Assembly (NCBI GenBank): GCA_963665815.1
Contig: OY762463.1
Location: 384,001-448,000, forward strand
DNA length: 64,000 nt
Reading direction: 5' to 3'
Source of the DNA: Candidatus Cloacimonadales bacterium
GTDB lineage: Bacteria; Cloacimonadota; Cloacimonadia; Cloacimonadales; JAIOQZ01
Each line of letters begins with the position of its first letter. Position 1 is the first letter of the stretch. Both the position numbers and the translations under genes were made by a program. Positions 50,514 to 60,664 of this stretch are shown in pieces. The notes under the pieces were generated by a model. It searched no databases, was not told where the DNA came from, and saw only the letters and a program-made list of their open reading frames with translations.

Positions 50514-52239
50514 CGATTAAAGGCAGAACAACAACAAAAGAATCTGAAGTTTCCCGGATATCAATCTGTCTGTCAGTGAAAAAAGATAGTCTCTTTCGGA
50601 GATTGTCCAACCCGATTTTCTCACTTCTATCTGAGTTCTGCTTTATCTGTAGATTATTCTCAACAATAATTGACTGATCATCTTTGGAGTAAACTTGTAT
50701 ATTCAAAGGGTGAGATTGAGAAACTACATTATGTTTTACAGCATTTTCTACAAGAAGCTGGATTGCTGCCGGAACAATATATTTACTTTCTGTTTCGGGA
50801 GATATATTAAACTCAATTGTAAGATTACCATGAAATCTCTGCTTCATAAGAAACATGTAAGATTCAACAAACTTCAGTTCTTCATCGATAGGAATAATAT
50901 CCTTCTTTTGAATCCTGAGTACATAATGATACACATTTGACAATTCCTGCACAAACTCTGAAGCAGTTTCCTTAGAAAAGTCTATTAGAGAAATCAAAGT
51001 ATTGAGACTGTTGAATAGAAAATGAGGATCTATCTGCCTTTTTAGAGAGTTTAATTCTGCTTCAATATTCTGGCGTTCTAATCCTACAATTTTCAATTTA
51101 TAATCAGTACGCTCTTTGTATACTTGCCTGTAGTGCTCAAACAAAAGGTAAACAAGACCAACAGCAATTAGATTAATTTCTGTTCCAAAAAGAGTGAAAT
51201 CGTCAAAAAAAACAACGATATCTGCTAAAGATAGGAGTGCAGAAAATCCAAATATTAATAAAATGACCCATTTTGCCCGTGTTGAAAACCTGTCTTGTTT
51301 GATTACTATAATAAAAACTTCAATCATTAGTATCAGATGCAGGATGGTAAAAAACTGTCGATTAACATAGGGAATTTTAAACATAAAGTTCAGGATAACT
51401 GCCAGAATTAGTATTGAGACAATATAAAAAATAAATCTTTTAGTATTAAGGTTAAAAAAAACTTTTATAAACAGGAACAGCAATGTAAAAATTGCTACAT
51501 ACCCGATCATGAACAGACTGTAATCTACAAGAGTAAATGGATTCAGGAAAATAGAAAGTGCTGATGTTCTATACTGAACAAGTCCGGAAAGAACTCCCAT
51601 CAGTCCAAAGAGTAAAAGAGCAAGGTTTGTTTTCTTCCTACCAAATACAAAGAAAACAATTAAAGCAATAAGCCCTATAATAAACAAAGATACAGCCTGG
51701 TAAAAGTAGAATTGATCATCTATAAGCTTGATTCTGTTTATTTCAAGTGCAAAATTGTAAATATCTTCTGCTTCTCCAATGTTAATATCCTCAACATCAA
51801 AAAATGGAATAGATTCATCAGCAAGTTTGATATATATACAGGAGGGTACTTCATTCAGGTAAATCAACACGGGACCGGATTCATAAGACTGCATATTGAG
51901 AATTTTGTGTTTTTCTGAGTAGCTGGAGTAAAGAAGAGAATCCTGAGTATAAATCTCAAACAGAGATGTTGTTGAAGCCATACAGAAGACTGGATTCTTG
52001 AGAGCTTTATATTCAAATTCAATCTTAAAGAACTTTACCCAGTCATGATATGAGCGTACGTATCCCTCATGCAAATCAGCAGATTTCATATCTTGCAAAT
52101 CAAAATAATTATCTTCGAAATACTCCTGATCCACCGGTGAATAGATTTTCTTTTTCAGGAAGTTTTCGTAATCATCATCTTCCATTCCGCACAAAATTGA
52201 TGATATTGAGATCAGAATTATCAAATATATAGTTTTCAT
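50500..52239 (-). CDS. LytS-type sensor histidine kinase
   Basis: Extracytoplasmic domain plus multiple TMs; QIDPHFLFNSLN, QLLVENAVKHN and GLDNL. Confidence 0.9.
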   Translation of the reverse strand: MKTIYLIILISISSILCGMEDDDYENFLKKKIYSPVDQEYFEDNYFDLQDMKSADLHEGYVRSYHDWVKFFKIEFEYKALKNPVFCMASTTSLFEIYTQDSLLYSSYSEKHKILNMQSYESGPVLIYLNEVPSCIYIKLADESIPFFDVEDINIGEAEDIYNFALEINRIKLIDDQFYFYQAVSLFIIGLIALIVFFVFGRKKTNLALLLFGLMGVLSGLVQYRTSALSIFLNPFTLVDYSLFMIGYVAIFTLLFLFIKVFFNLNTKRFIFYIVSILILAVILNFMFKIPYVNRQFFTILHLILMIEVFIIVIKQDRFSTRAKWVILLIFGFSALLSLADIVVFFDDFTLFGTEINLIAVGLVYLLFEHYRQVYKERTDYKLKIVGLERQNIEAELNSLKRQIDPHFLFNSLNTLISLIDFSKETASEFVQELSNVYHYVLRIQKKDIIPIDEELKFVESYMFLMKQRFHGNLTIEFNISPETESKYIVPAAIQLLVENAVKHNVVSQSHPLNIQVYSKDDQSIIVENNLQIKQNSDRSEKIGLDNLRKRLSFFTDRQIDIRETSDSFVVVLPLIDEIQ

Positions 52240-52311
52240 AAATTCTTCTTATTGTTTCAAAAAAATCTGTCAATACTTTCGTGTGTATATTCTGATTTTG
52301 GACAACGAAAA

Positions 52312-52344
52312 CACCTTCCATGGAATAAATTTACAGGAAAGGTG
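52312..52344 (-). terminator. Possible terminator after the RND gene
   Basis: Imperfect caccttcc/ggaaaggtg stem followed by tttt on the minus strand. Confidence 0.4.
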
Positions 52345-52363
52345 CTTTCATTATAATTACATG

Positions 52364-55300
52364 CTATATGATTTCTTTAAAATCTGCATCTGAATTTGCC
52401 AGATTTTTCAGAGATTCTTCTAAACTAATGTGTTCTTTAAACCTTGTAAGGCCTATTTTACCAAAGAAAGAGTCAATAAGTGAATAAACTACAGGAACCG
52501 CAAACAATGTAAGAAATGTTGAAAAAGCCAGCCCAAATGCAATTGCAACTGCCATTGGCTTATAATCATTAGCTGCAGCTGTTGTTGAGATTATCATTGG
52601 CACAAATCCGGCAATTGTAGTAACCGATGTCATAACAATAGGTCTAAGTCTTACTTTTCCAGCTTCAATAAGTGATCTCCATCTGTCATGTCCCTCCCCT
52701 CGAGATTTGTTAACAAAGTCAACGAGAACAAGAGAGTCATTAACTACAATACCACAAAGAGTTACAAAAGCTATCATTGTCATAAGAGAGAAGGGTAGAT
52801 GTGTAATAGCCAGTCCAAAAATTACACCACAAATTGCGAATGGAATTGTCATCATAACAATTAACGGTTGTACATAGGATTTGAATTGTGTTCCAAGAAT
52901 TGCATATATGAGAAGCATTGCTATAACAAGCGAAATGTACAGAGAATCGAAAGTTTCTTCTTCCTCTTCAACCTCACCGCCAAATTCCAGAACGTAACCA
53001 GGATAATCTTCTATGATGTTATAAAGTGAACCTTTTGTTTTTTCGTCACCCATAAGCATATCATTCACAGTGTCAGATGATTGAGAATACTCCTTGCCGT
53101 CTTTAACATAATTTTTAACCCTTGCAATAATACTGAAGAATCTGTTTCTGTCATAGTGTTCAATAACAGAATAACCACTTGTGATAACAAAGTCTGCTAC
53201 TGCAGATAACTTAATTGAATTACCTGATTCTGTTGGAACAATCAGATTATAAATTTCCTCAAGCTTAATATCCTGTTTTTCATTTGATTCAAGCCTGATA
53301 TCAATTACCTTGTTGTCTACAGTATTGAAAGAACCAATATCCATACCATAAGATGCGATTCTAACTATGTTATGAATCGTTTCATCACTGATTCCATAAA
53401 GCTTAAGTTTCTCCCAGTCAGGATATATCCTTATTTCACTTTTCCCTCTTGCCAGGCTGCTTTGGATCTCAATGACTCCCGGTATATCTTCAAGGTGTTT
53501 TACCACTCTATCACTGATTTCTCTGAATACAGCCATATCCTTTCCACTGATTCTCAGCTCAATATCATCTCCAACCGGAGGTCCTTCTGTACCGCCAGCT
53601 CTGAATGTGAAGCTCTCAACATCGTCAATAGCCTTTACATAATCTCCTATTTTTGCCTTAAGGTGATCATGCGAATACTTCATAAACTCTTCTTCCACAA
53701 CATCAATTTTAATTTCAGCAAAATTGGAATTGGTTATAATTCGTTCATCTTCTTCTAATTGACCAATATTGGTTACAAGAGCAACGACATCATCATTCTG
53801 TTCCATGTGCATGATATGAGACTCAATATTATCAACAATTGATTCAGTATGAGTTATTGCAGTTCCGGGTTTCAGTTTCAAGTTCATGATAATAGTTGTA
53901 GAATATTGTTCAGGGAAAAATTCAATCAGTATTGCTCCTGATGTTAGAAGTAATACTGATAATGCCATTCCTGCAATCAACATCATTATTACAGATTTTC
54001 TATGTCGCAGAGCCCAGACGATTCCATGCTCATATTTTGACACTAGGAATTGTGTGAGTTTGTTTGCTCCTTTAGATGATTTAGCTTTCTTTGTTCCTCC
54101 AAGTTCTACAATATGACATGGAAGTATCAGAAGACACTCTAATAGTGATGCAGAAAGTGCAATAATAACAACAATCGGGAACATTTTGAGAAACTCTCCC
54201 ATATGTCCTTGCATTATAAGCAGAGGTAGAAAAGCAGAAATTGTTGTGGAAACGGCTGATATTACAGGCCACATAATCTCTTTTGTACCTTTTATTGTTG
54301 CATCCTTAACACTGTATCCTTTTTCCAGATACCTCTGTACATTCTCAATCACAATAATTGCATCATCAACAATCATCCCAAGAACCAGAATCAAAGCAAA
54401 AAAACTGAGATTGTTTATTGTTATACCATAAAACTGCATAATCACAAAAGTAAGAAGAAAACTGAAGGGAAGTCCCCATGCAGCAAACAAAGCATTCTTC
54501 CAACCTATAAACATCCACAATACAATAAAAACAAGTATTATACCATATATGGAATTCGATGCCAGAGTCTTTAAGCTTCTGTTAACAACAATAGTGTCAT
54601 CGTTTCGAATATCTACTTCCAGATCAGGAACAGTTTTATTAAAGTCAGCAATAACTTCTCTTACTTCTTCCATTACTGAAATGATGTTGCCTTCTTCACG
54701 CTTATATATAGTAAGGCTTACTCCGGTTTTCATATCAATCCTTGATATGGTCTTAGAATCTTCGAGAGTGTCAGAAACAACAGCTACATCTTTGATCCTT
54801 AAAGTGTTTCCTTCAATATCAGTCCTGATGACTGTTTGTGCAATCTCTTCAACATCATTATAAGTACCCATACTTCTGAGAAGATACTCCTCATTATTAT
54901 GTCTGACTCCACCACCGGCGACATTTCTGCTTCGACTCGCAATTATTGATTCAATTTCACTTAAGGATACATTATGATGTTCAAGCTTATCTGTATCGAC
55001 TTTTATTTTGATTTCTTTTTCTCTCGTTCCAGTAATATCGATTTTAGTTATATTTTCTACTCTGGATATTCTGTCTTTCAGATCATTGGCAATTTCACGT
55101 AATCCATTTTCGTTATATGGACCGGAGAAGCTAACCGAGCAAATTGGATTAACTTCAGCCATGTTAACGCGTTTTACATAGATATCAGATGCTTCTTCAG
55201 GAAGATCCTTAATTCTGTTAACTATCCTGAGAATTGCATCTTCGGTAGCATCAATATCTGCATAAGTGTCTGTTTCAACTTCAATAAATGCAAAACCTTC

Positions 55301-55555
55301 TTCTGCTACAGATTCCATACATCGTAAATTCTGCAGATCAGCTAACTCTTCTTCTATAGGAATCAGAACTTCTTTCTCAATTTGTTCAGGAGATACTCCG
55401 GGATAGGCAACAGAGATTTCGAATATTCCCAAATCAATGTTTGGCATTTCTTCCTTGGGGATTGTTGCGGTTGTGTAAAACCCTGCAACAAATACAATTA
55501 TCATGAATATGTTAACGAGAACAGGGTTCTTTACCGATAAATCAGCTAACGACAT
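52364..55555 (-). CDS. RND efflux permease (AcrB/AcrD/AcrF family)
   Basis: YPGVSPEQIE, GMIVDDAIIVIEN, GIVVND and RLRPIVMTS. Confidence 0.95.
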   Translation of the reverse strand: MSLADLSVKNPVLVNIFMIIVFVAGFYTTATIPKEEMPNIDLGIFEISVAYPGVSPEQIEKEVLIPIEEELADLQNLRCMESVAEEGFAFIEVETDTYADIDATEDAILRIVNRIKDLPEEASDIYVKRVNMAEVNPICSVSFSGPYNENGLREIANDLKDRISRVENITKIDITGTREKEIKIKVDTDKLEHHNVSLSEIESIIASRSRNVAGGGVRHNNEEYLLRSMGTYNDVEEIAQTVIRTDIEGNTLRIKDVAVVSDTLEDSKTISRIDMKTGVSLTIYKREEGNIISVMEEVREVIADFNKTVPDLEVDIRNDDTIVVNRSLKTLASNSIYGIILVFIVLWMFIGWKNALFAAWGLPFSFLLTFVIMQFYGITINNLSFFALILVLGMIVDDAIIVIENVQRYLEKGYSVKDATIKGTKEIMWPVISAVSTTISAFLPLLIMQGHMGEFLKMFPIVVIIALSASLLECLLILPCHIVELGGTKKAKSSKGANKLTQFLVSKYEHGIVWALRHRKSVIMMLIAGMALSVLLLTSGAILIEFFPEQYSTTIIMNLKLKPGTAITHTESIVDNIESHIMHMEQNDDVVALVTNIGQLEEDERIITNSNFAEIKIDVVEEEFMKYSHDHLKAKIGDYVKAIDDVESFTFRAGGTEGPPVGDDIELRISGKDMAVFREISDRVVKHLEDIPGVIEIQSSLARGKSEIRIYPDWEKLKLYGISDETIHNIVRIASYGMDIGSFNTVDNKVIDIRLESNEKQDIKLEEIYNLIVPTESGNSIKLSAVADFVITSGYSVIEHYDRNRFFSIIARVKNYVKDGKEYSQSSDTVNDMLMGDEKTKGSLYNIIEDYPGYVLEFGGEVEEEEETFDSLYISLVIAMLLIYAILGTQFKSYVQPLIVMMTIPFAICGVIFGLAITHLPFSLMTMIAFVTLCGIVVNDSLVLVDFVNKSRGEGHDRWRSLIEAGKVRLRPIVMTSVTTIAGFVPMIISTTAAANDYKPMAVAIAFGLAFSTFLTLFAVPVVYSLIDSFFGKIGLTRFKEHISLEESLKNLANSDADFKEII

Positions 55556-56670
55556 GTAACCTCCTTCGCAGTAATCTCAGAGTCCGAATTACTATTATTT
55601 TTTAAAGACATTCCAGACTTAATTTTACCGGAAGGTGAAAACACAACAACATCACCAAAATCGAGACCTGAGCTTATTTCAATTTTATTCTGAAACTTGA
55701 GTCCTATGCTTATCTCTCTTTTCTCAACAATGCCATACTTATTTATTACATATACAAAATCTCTGCTGTAAATAGTAGAAATGTACCTGACAGGAACTAC
55801 TTTCATATTGTTATACTCTTTTGAATCAATAAATCCTTCTACTACTTGCCCGGAAAACACTTTTTCTGGTTTATCCACTATTATCTCCACAGGATAGTTC
55901 ATGTTATCCTCATCAGGTTTAAAACCTATACCGGAAATTCTTCCTGTGATTTCAGTTCTATCGCTTTTAACAACAAGGGTTAGTTCTTTTCCAACCTCAA
56001 TCTGTGAAACCTGAGACTCAGGTACACCTGTTGATACCTTCATTTTACTATTATTCACAATGCTGCAAATTATTGTTCCCACAGATACGAAATCACCTTT
56101 TTCAATGTCAATTGATGCAACAACACCATTAAACGGAGCTATGAAGTTAGTTCTTTCGAGTTCCATTTTAATTGATTCCAGATCTGCTTTAGCACCTTCA
56201 CACTGAGCTTTTGCTTCATCATATTGTGCAATAGACAGCTTATTTTCCTTTTCAGAAATTGCGTTTAACTCAAAAAGTCTTTTATTGCTGTTTGCTATTA
56301 CTTCACGAGAATCAAGATTTGCTTCCGCAGCTTTAACAATTGCTTTTGCCTGTTTAATTTTTAAAACTATATCTTTATTGTCTATCGACGCAACTCTTTC
56401 ACCTTTAACAACTTTATCACCAAGCTTTTTATATATATTTACGATTTTTCCGTTCACTTCTGATATCATTTCAACATCATTTATCCCTTCCAGTACTCCT
56501 GTAACTCTGATTCTGGACTGAATAACTTCCGGTTTTATTTTCAGGAACTCTATATCACTTGTCTGTTCTCTACTGTATACGTTTGTTTTATCAACTTCTT
56601 CATCTTCACAACCTGTTAGTATGAACAGAATTGCAAGTATGAGTATTATGTATCCTGATGAATTTTTCAT
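55546..56670 (-). CDS. RND periplasmic adaptor (MFP), lipoprotein
   Basis: LTGC lipobox; SEVNGKI...GDKVVKG and APFNGVV...GDFV. Confidence 0.92.
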   Translation of the reverse strand: MKNSSGYIILILAILFILTGCEDEEVDKTNVYSREQTSDIEFLKIKPEVIQSRIRVTGVLEGINDVEMISEVNGKIVNIYKKLGDKVVKGERVASIDNKDIVLKIKQAKAIVKAAEANLDSREVIANSNKRLFELNAISEKENKLSIAQYDEAKAQCEGAKADLESIKMELERTNFIAPFNGVVASIDIEKGDFVSVGTIICSIVNNSKMKVSTGVPESQVSQIEVGKELTLVVKSDRTEITGRISGIGFKPDEDNMNYPVEIIVDKPEKVFSGQVVEGFIDSKEYNNMKVVPVRYISTIYSRDFVYVINKYGIVEKREISIGLKFQNKIEISSGLDFGDVVVFSPSGKIKSGMSLKNNSNSDSEITAKEVTCR

Positions 56671-56703
56671 TTTATCTCCTTATTGTAAATTTTTAGAAAA
56701 AGC

Positions 56704-57972
56704 CTACAGCTCTTTAAGGCTGAATGCAGGTACTAAGTAGTGTAATTTGGATTTCGTCATTAGAAAGTCGTAATAGCAGTTCTCATGTTTAATTTTTGCC
56801 TTATTAAATGCTATAGATGAATTAAGAAAATCCGTGGCTGAAATACTGTTCTCTTCAAGTTGTATTCTGGATTTATCAAGAAGTTCTTGAGCTCTTTCCA
56901 TTTCTATTCTCGCAGAAACAACACATTTGGCAATAGCAATCAAGTTATTGAACTCTCCGGAAATTTCAATACTCAAATTTCTTCGAAGCTTCTCCAGTTT
57001 ATTTTCTGCAATATATACATTTCTTTTGCTTTTAATAAGATCGCTTCCTTTACTTAATAAAGGAAATGCATCCATAGAAAGATTCAGAGCTATGTAATCA
57101 GATCTCTCATATGAGGATTGATTCTCATTTTTATCCCAATCTTTACCTCCGGAAATGTATATCGAGGGTAAGAAATCCAAATGTGCCTGTAATCTGCTTA
57201 GTTTAGCATTTTTCACATCAAGTTTTGAGTTAAGAATAGTTTGGTTTTGCTTTTCAGCAGCTTTAATCAACAGATTAATTCTATAAGTGATTTCTTTTTT
57301 ACTGAAATTTATACAACGATCTATTTCAAGATCGTATTTGCTGATATTCGGATCTTCCAGAACAAAGTCATTTAAATCTATTAAATACCCCAGTTCTTTA
57401 TGTACTTGATCATAGTCATTTCTATATTTTATAACATCGCTTTCTCTTTCTGAGAGATTTATTGAATAATTCAGGTATTCCGTTCTTGAAATTGCTCCTG
57501 TTTCAAATCTGATTTTGGCAATTTCTTCTTCCCTTTGTGCGTGTTCAAGACTTGTCTGAGCATATTCTAAAATTCTTTTCTTTAGTAATCCCTCATAAAA
57601 AAGGAACTCTATTGTGTACTTAATTGAGTTTATTGTCTGATCTTTACTATTTTTGAAAATCTTGCTATTATTTCCTGCTTCAAAAATTCCGCAATAGATT
57701 TTACCACCATCAAACAGATATTGTCGTCCTTCATACCCATATCCTCTTGACTCTATATCATTTTGAGCTCCCTTATTGTATTTAACTGATATTGATGGTA
57801 AAAGCTTTTCATATGCCTTGAGTTTTTCTGTTGCAGCATTTTTACTCATAATCTCAGCAATCTTTACATCATGGTTATTCTCAAGTCCCAGCTTGATTGC
57901 CTCATCCATTGTCAATGATGCAAGTACGAAACAGCTGAGTGATAGCATGAGTGTAATTATTAACCTGTTCAT
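56704..57972 (-). CDS. TolC-family outer membrane protein
   Basis: AIKLGLENN, LPSIS, LFDGG and RFETGAIS. Probable start 57972 (RBS aaggag). Confidence 0.85.
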   Translation of the reverse strand: MNRLIITLMLSLSCFVLASLTMDEAIKLGLENNHDVKIAEIMSKNAATEKLKAYEKLLPSISVKYNKGAQNDIESRGYGYEGRQYLFDGGKIYCGIFEAGNNSKIFKNSKDQTINSIKYTIEFLFYEGLLKKRILEYAQTSLEHAQREEEIAKIRFETGAISRTEYLNYSINLSERESDVIKYRNDYDQVHKELGYLIDLNDFVLEDPNISKYDLEIDRCINFSKKEITYRINLLIKAAEKQNQTILNSKLDVKNAKLSRLQAHLDFLPSIYISGGKDWDKNENQSSYERSDYIALNLSMDAFPLLSKGSDLIKSKRNVYIAENKLEKLRRNLSIEISGEFNNLIAIAKCVVSARIEMERAQELLDKSRIQLEENSISATDFLNSSIAFNKAKIKHENCYYDFLMTKSKLHYLVPAFSLKEL

Positions 57973-58005
57973 TTTGTCTCCTTTTAGTTTTTGATTCAAA
58001 TTAAT

Positions 58006-58035
58006 TGAGAAAGGGCAGAAGCCTGTCCTTTCTCA
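58006..58035. terminator. Intra-operon hairpin
   Basis: tgagaaagggcag-aagc-ctgtcctttctca 13-bp stem. Confidence 0.65.
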
Positions 58036-58041
58036 TTTCCG

Positions 58042-58689
58042 CTATTGAACAAGTTCAATTACTTCTTTTGGTGATCCCGGACCTTCTTCCGGAACAACTG
58101 ATTTGAGTAACATGCCGTCTGATTCTCTTACCCAGTATACTCCGCTCCATACAAAAGCAGGTACAAGATTGGATTTAAGAACCAGTTTTTGAGCTGCGAC
58201 TTTCTGGCCGTTGATGTTGATTGTATCTTTACCCTTCTTTACAAAAACCAATTTATGAGTCTCTAACCCTTCTTCAAAGTCTTCTTCATCGTCCATTTCT
58301 TCAATAAAGAACATTTCGATTTTTTTTTTATTGTTACTCAAAATATGTTTGAAATCAAATGACTGCTGCTGCCACATAACTCCGTCAGTTTCTGCATAAA
58401 ACTGCCTGTTGTCTGTCACAAAAATTTTACCATTTTCTTTGTGCATGGCAAATACAACACTGTTATCATTAATTACTACTTTTGAAATATTTCTATCATT
58501 ATTCATGGTATAGGTAGTAGTTTTTGTCCCCTGTACTTCTTTTAATATGTATTGGTTGTTATCGAAAATTCTTTCTACAAATATCTCTGATGTTCTATTT
58601 TTGCATGTAAGCTTGTATTTCAATATATTATCAGCGCTGATCAATGTTACTGAAATCAGTATTAGTATAAGTATTATTATGTTTTTCAT
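58042..58689 (-). CDS. Hypothetical secreted protein
   Basis: RBS aaggagagg; signal peptide; beta-rich. Confidence 0.65.
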   Translation of the reverse strand: MKNIIILILILISVTLISADNILKYKLTCKNRTSEIFVERIFDNNQYILKEVQGTKTTTYTMNNDRNISKVVINDNSVVFAMHKENGKIFVTDNRQFYAETDGVMWQQQSFDFKHILSNNKKKIEMFFIEEMDDEEDFEEGLETHKLVFVKKGKDTININGQKVAAQKLVLKSNLVPAFVWSGVYWVRESDGMLLKSVVPEEGPGSPKEVIELVQ

Positions 58690-58700
58690 TATCCTCTCCT

Positions 58701-59465
58701 TTAGTCCTCTTTATCCCATTTCCACGCACCAATCTCCACAGCCACATATGGTCCTTGACGTTTCATGCCAGGTCCACCTGTAATATCAATCGCATGGGTT
58801 TCCCAGTCTGTGGAGAAAAGATCATTCTCAGGTAAATCAATGCCGAATGTGTATCCTGCTCTTAGACCAAAAGCTAAACCTTCCAGTTCAAGCATGTTGA
58901 TATACTTGTTTCTCTTAAAGAAAGGTACTTTTACTAAATAATCGAACTGAACACCTATATCAATTGTGATTTCTTTCTTCTCAAAAGTTATTTCTCTTTT
59001 AGGGTCTGCCAGAGCATCATCAAAACTGATTTTATCCTTTTCTGTAACAGTCATCTCGAACTGGCTGTATCCACCGGATATCACCGGATAGAATTTAAAG
59101 TTGTCATTTTCATATAGGATACGACCATAACCTATCATGAGGTTCATTTCATTTTCATAATCAATTACAAATTTTTTGCCGTTTTTATTGGCTTTCGTTT
59201 CTTCGGAATAAGCAATTGAGAACTCTCCCGTGAAAACATTTTTTTCTTCAATTGTAGTTTGTCTGAAAAAGAACCCATTCACATTTTCATCAAATTTTTT
59301 GAACCCGTTTTTTTTCATTTTATTGTTCAGATTCTTATAATCAAGTTTCTGAACTGATGCACCACCGTAGTATATCACGAGTTTTTTGTCTTCACATTCA
59401 TTTTCTTCTGCGTTAAGTAGATATAATGCTCCCAGAATCATCATTATAATTATTATCCTCTTCAT
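58701..59465 (-). CDS. Putative outer-membrane beta-barrel protein
   Basis: Signal peptide; alternating beta pattern (IDIGVQFDY, FGLRAGYTF, GPYVAVEIG). Confidence 0.6.
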   Translation of the reverse strand: MKRIIIIMMILGALYLLNAEENECEDKKLVIYYGGASVQKLDYKNLNNKMKKNGFKKFDENVNGFFFRQTTIEEKNVFTGEFSIAYSEETKANKNGKKFVIDYENEMNLMIGYGRILYENDNFKFYPVISGGYSQFEMTVTEKDKISFDDALADPKREITFEKKEITIDIGVQFDYLVKVPFFKRNKYINMLELEGLAFGLRAGYTFGIDLPENDLFSTDWETHAIDITGGPGMKRQGPYVAVEIGAWKWDKED

Positions 59466-59638
59466 TTTTTTCTCCTCTTAATTGTTGCTTTTTTGCTGGT
59501 AAAAGAATTGTTAACATCCTCCTCAAGTGAGTGGGTGTTTACTGAGGACATGATTTCCCTTACAATAAAGAGACTTAATGTCTCGAGTATGATGTAAGTT
59601 ACTGAAATCAGTAAAAATATTGAGATAGCTATATTCAT
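59462..59638 (-). CDS. Small single-TM protein (58 aa), not in the ORF track
   Basis: RBS aaggag; MNIAISIFLLISVTYIILETLSLFIVREIMSS...KKATIKRRKK; its stop overlaps the next ATG (ATGA). Confidence 0.6.
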   Translation of the reverse strand: MNIAISIFLLISVTYIILETLSLFIVREIMSSVNTHSLEEDVNNSFTSKKATIKRRKK

Positions 59639-59707
59639 TTATCACTCCTTAGTTTTCATTCGAGTGAATAATATGAAAATTGGTCCTAAGATTGGGGATT
59701 ATGAAAG

Positions 59708-59757
59708 CGAAAGGGGAGATGTGTATGCTGAATGGGAATAGCTTTAAGTTGAATGGG
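59708..59757 (-). promoter_or_regulatory. Putative LytTR operator
   Basis: Minus strand CCCATTCA, CCCATTCA, CCCTTTCG at an exact 21-bp period (+ strand starts 59750, 59729, 59708). Confidence 0.6.
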
Positions 59758-59872
59758 TAAAGAAAGTATGTTTTATAGTATTACATTTCTGGAGCTTGAT
59801 TGTGTTATGTTAGTTTTGTGTTTATAGGATATTAGAAACAGAATTATTACTTATAACTTCTAAATGTATAGT

Positions 59873-60510
59873 CTACTGAGTTATTTTAGTCTTCAACATC
59901 TCATAATCTATCTTGAAATTATGTCTTGGATCTCTTGTAACTTTTTTCATTACTATCAGTTTATCATAGGCAATTTTTATTGCAGATAGTTTTTCTTTCA
60001 AACTTGCCGTATCAAATATTCTCGATGTTTGTGCAACAAGGCAAATCTTGTACCTGACTTTAATGATCGTCCCGAATTCTATCTCAGGAATAATATCCAG
60101 TTTACATTCAACCTGAAAAGAAAATATATGTGTTCCATTATTGTTAATTATGGACTTGGTTCTACCAGTTAAATACAGATTTCCAAATGAATCAAGATAC
60201 TCGGAGTCTCCTGTCCTTTGAATTGCAACATCACCAATCTTATTATCTTCAAGTATCAGTTCAGATAATTCTTCCATATTATTTATTTTTATGGGTCATC
60301 AGTAATTGAAAGAATGCATACTTTGATGGAATCAACAGGTTTACAAACAAGCAAACCAGATGATTTCATCGGATTACTCTCAAGAAATTCATCGACAGAT
60401 ATAAAACTGACAGGTTCTGCTTCAGATGATCCGTACACTATTAAGGAATAGCAATCAGGGAATGCTTCCTAAAGTATTCTCGCAGGTGATGGAAAAACTG
60501 GAGTACAACC
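59873..60510 (-). pseudogene. 3' remnant of an AMP-binding (ANL) ligase, OleC-like
   Basis: GCTPVFP...*...VYGSSEAEP upstream (in-frame TAG, later a frameshift), then RTGD..YLD..GNLYLTGR and DPRHNFKIDY; the 5' half is missing. Confidence 0.75.
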
Positions 60511-60664
60511 CTGAAACAACTACAGCCTGACAACCTATAAATTAAACACCGTTAAGACAACAAATAATAATATTGACATTTATCTGTACCTGTGATCTGT
60601 TATACTCGTGTGAAAATTTACATACCGAAAGCAATACTAACAAGGAAGATAAGGAGAGTAAACA

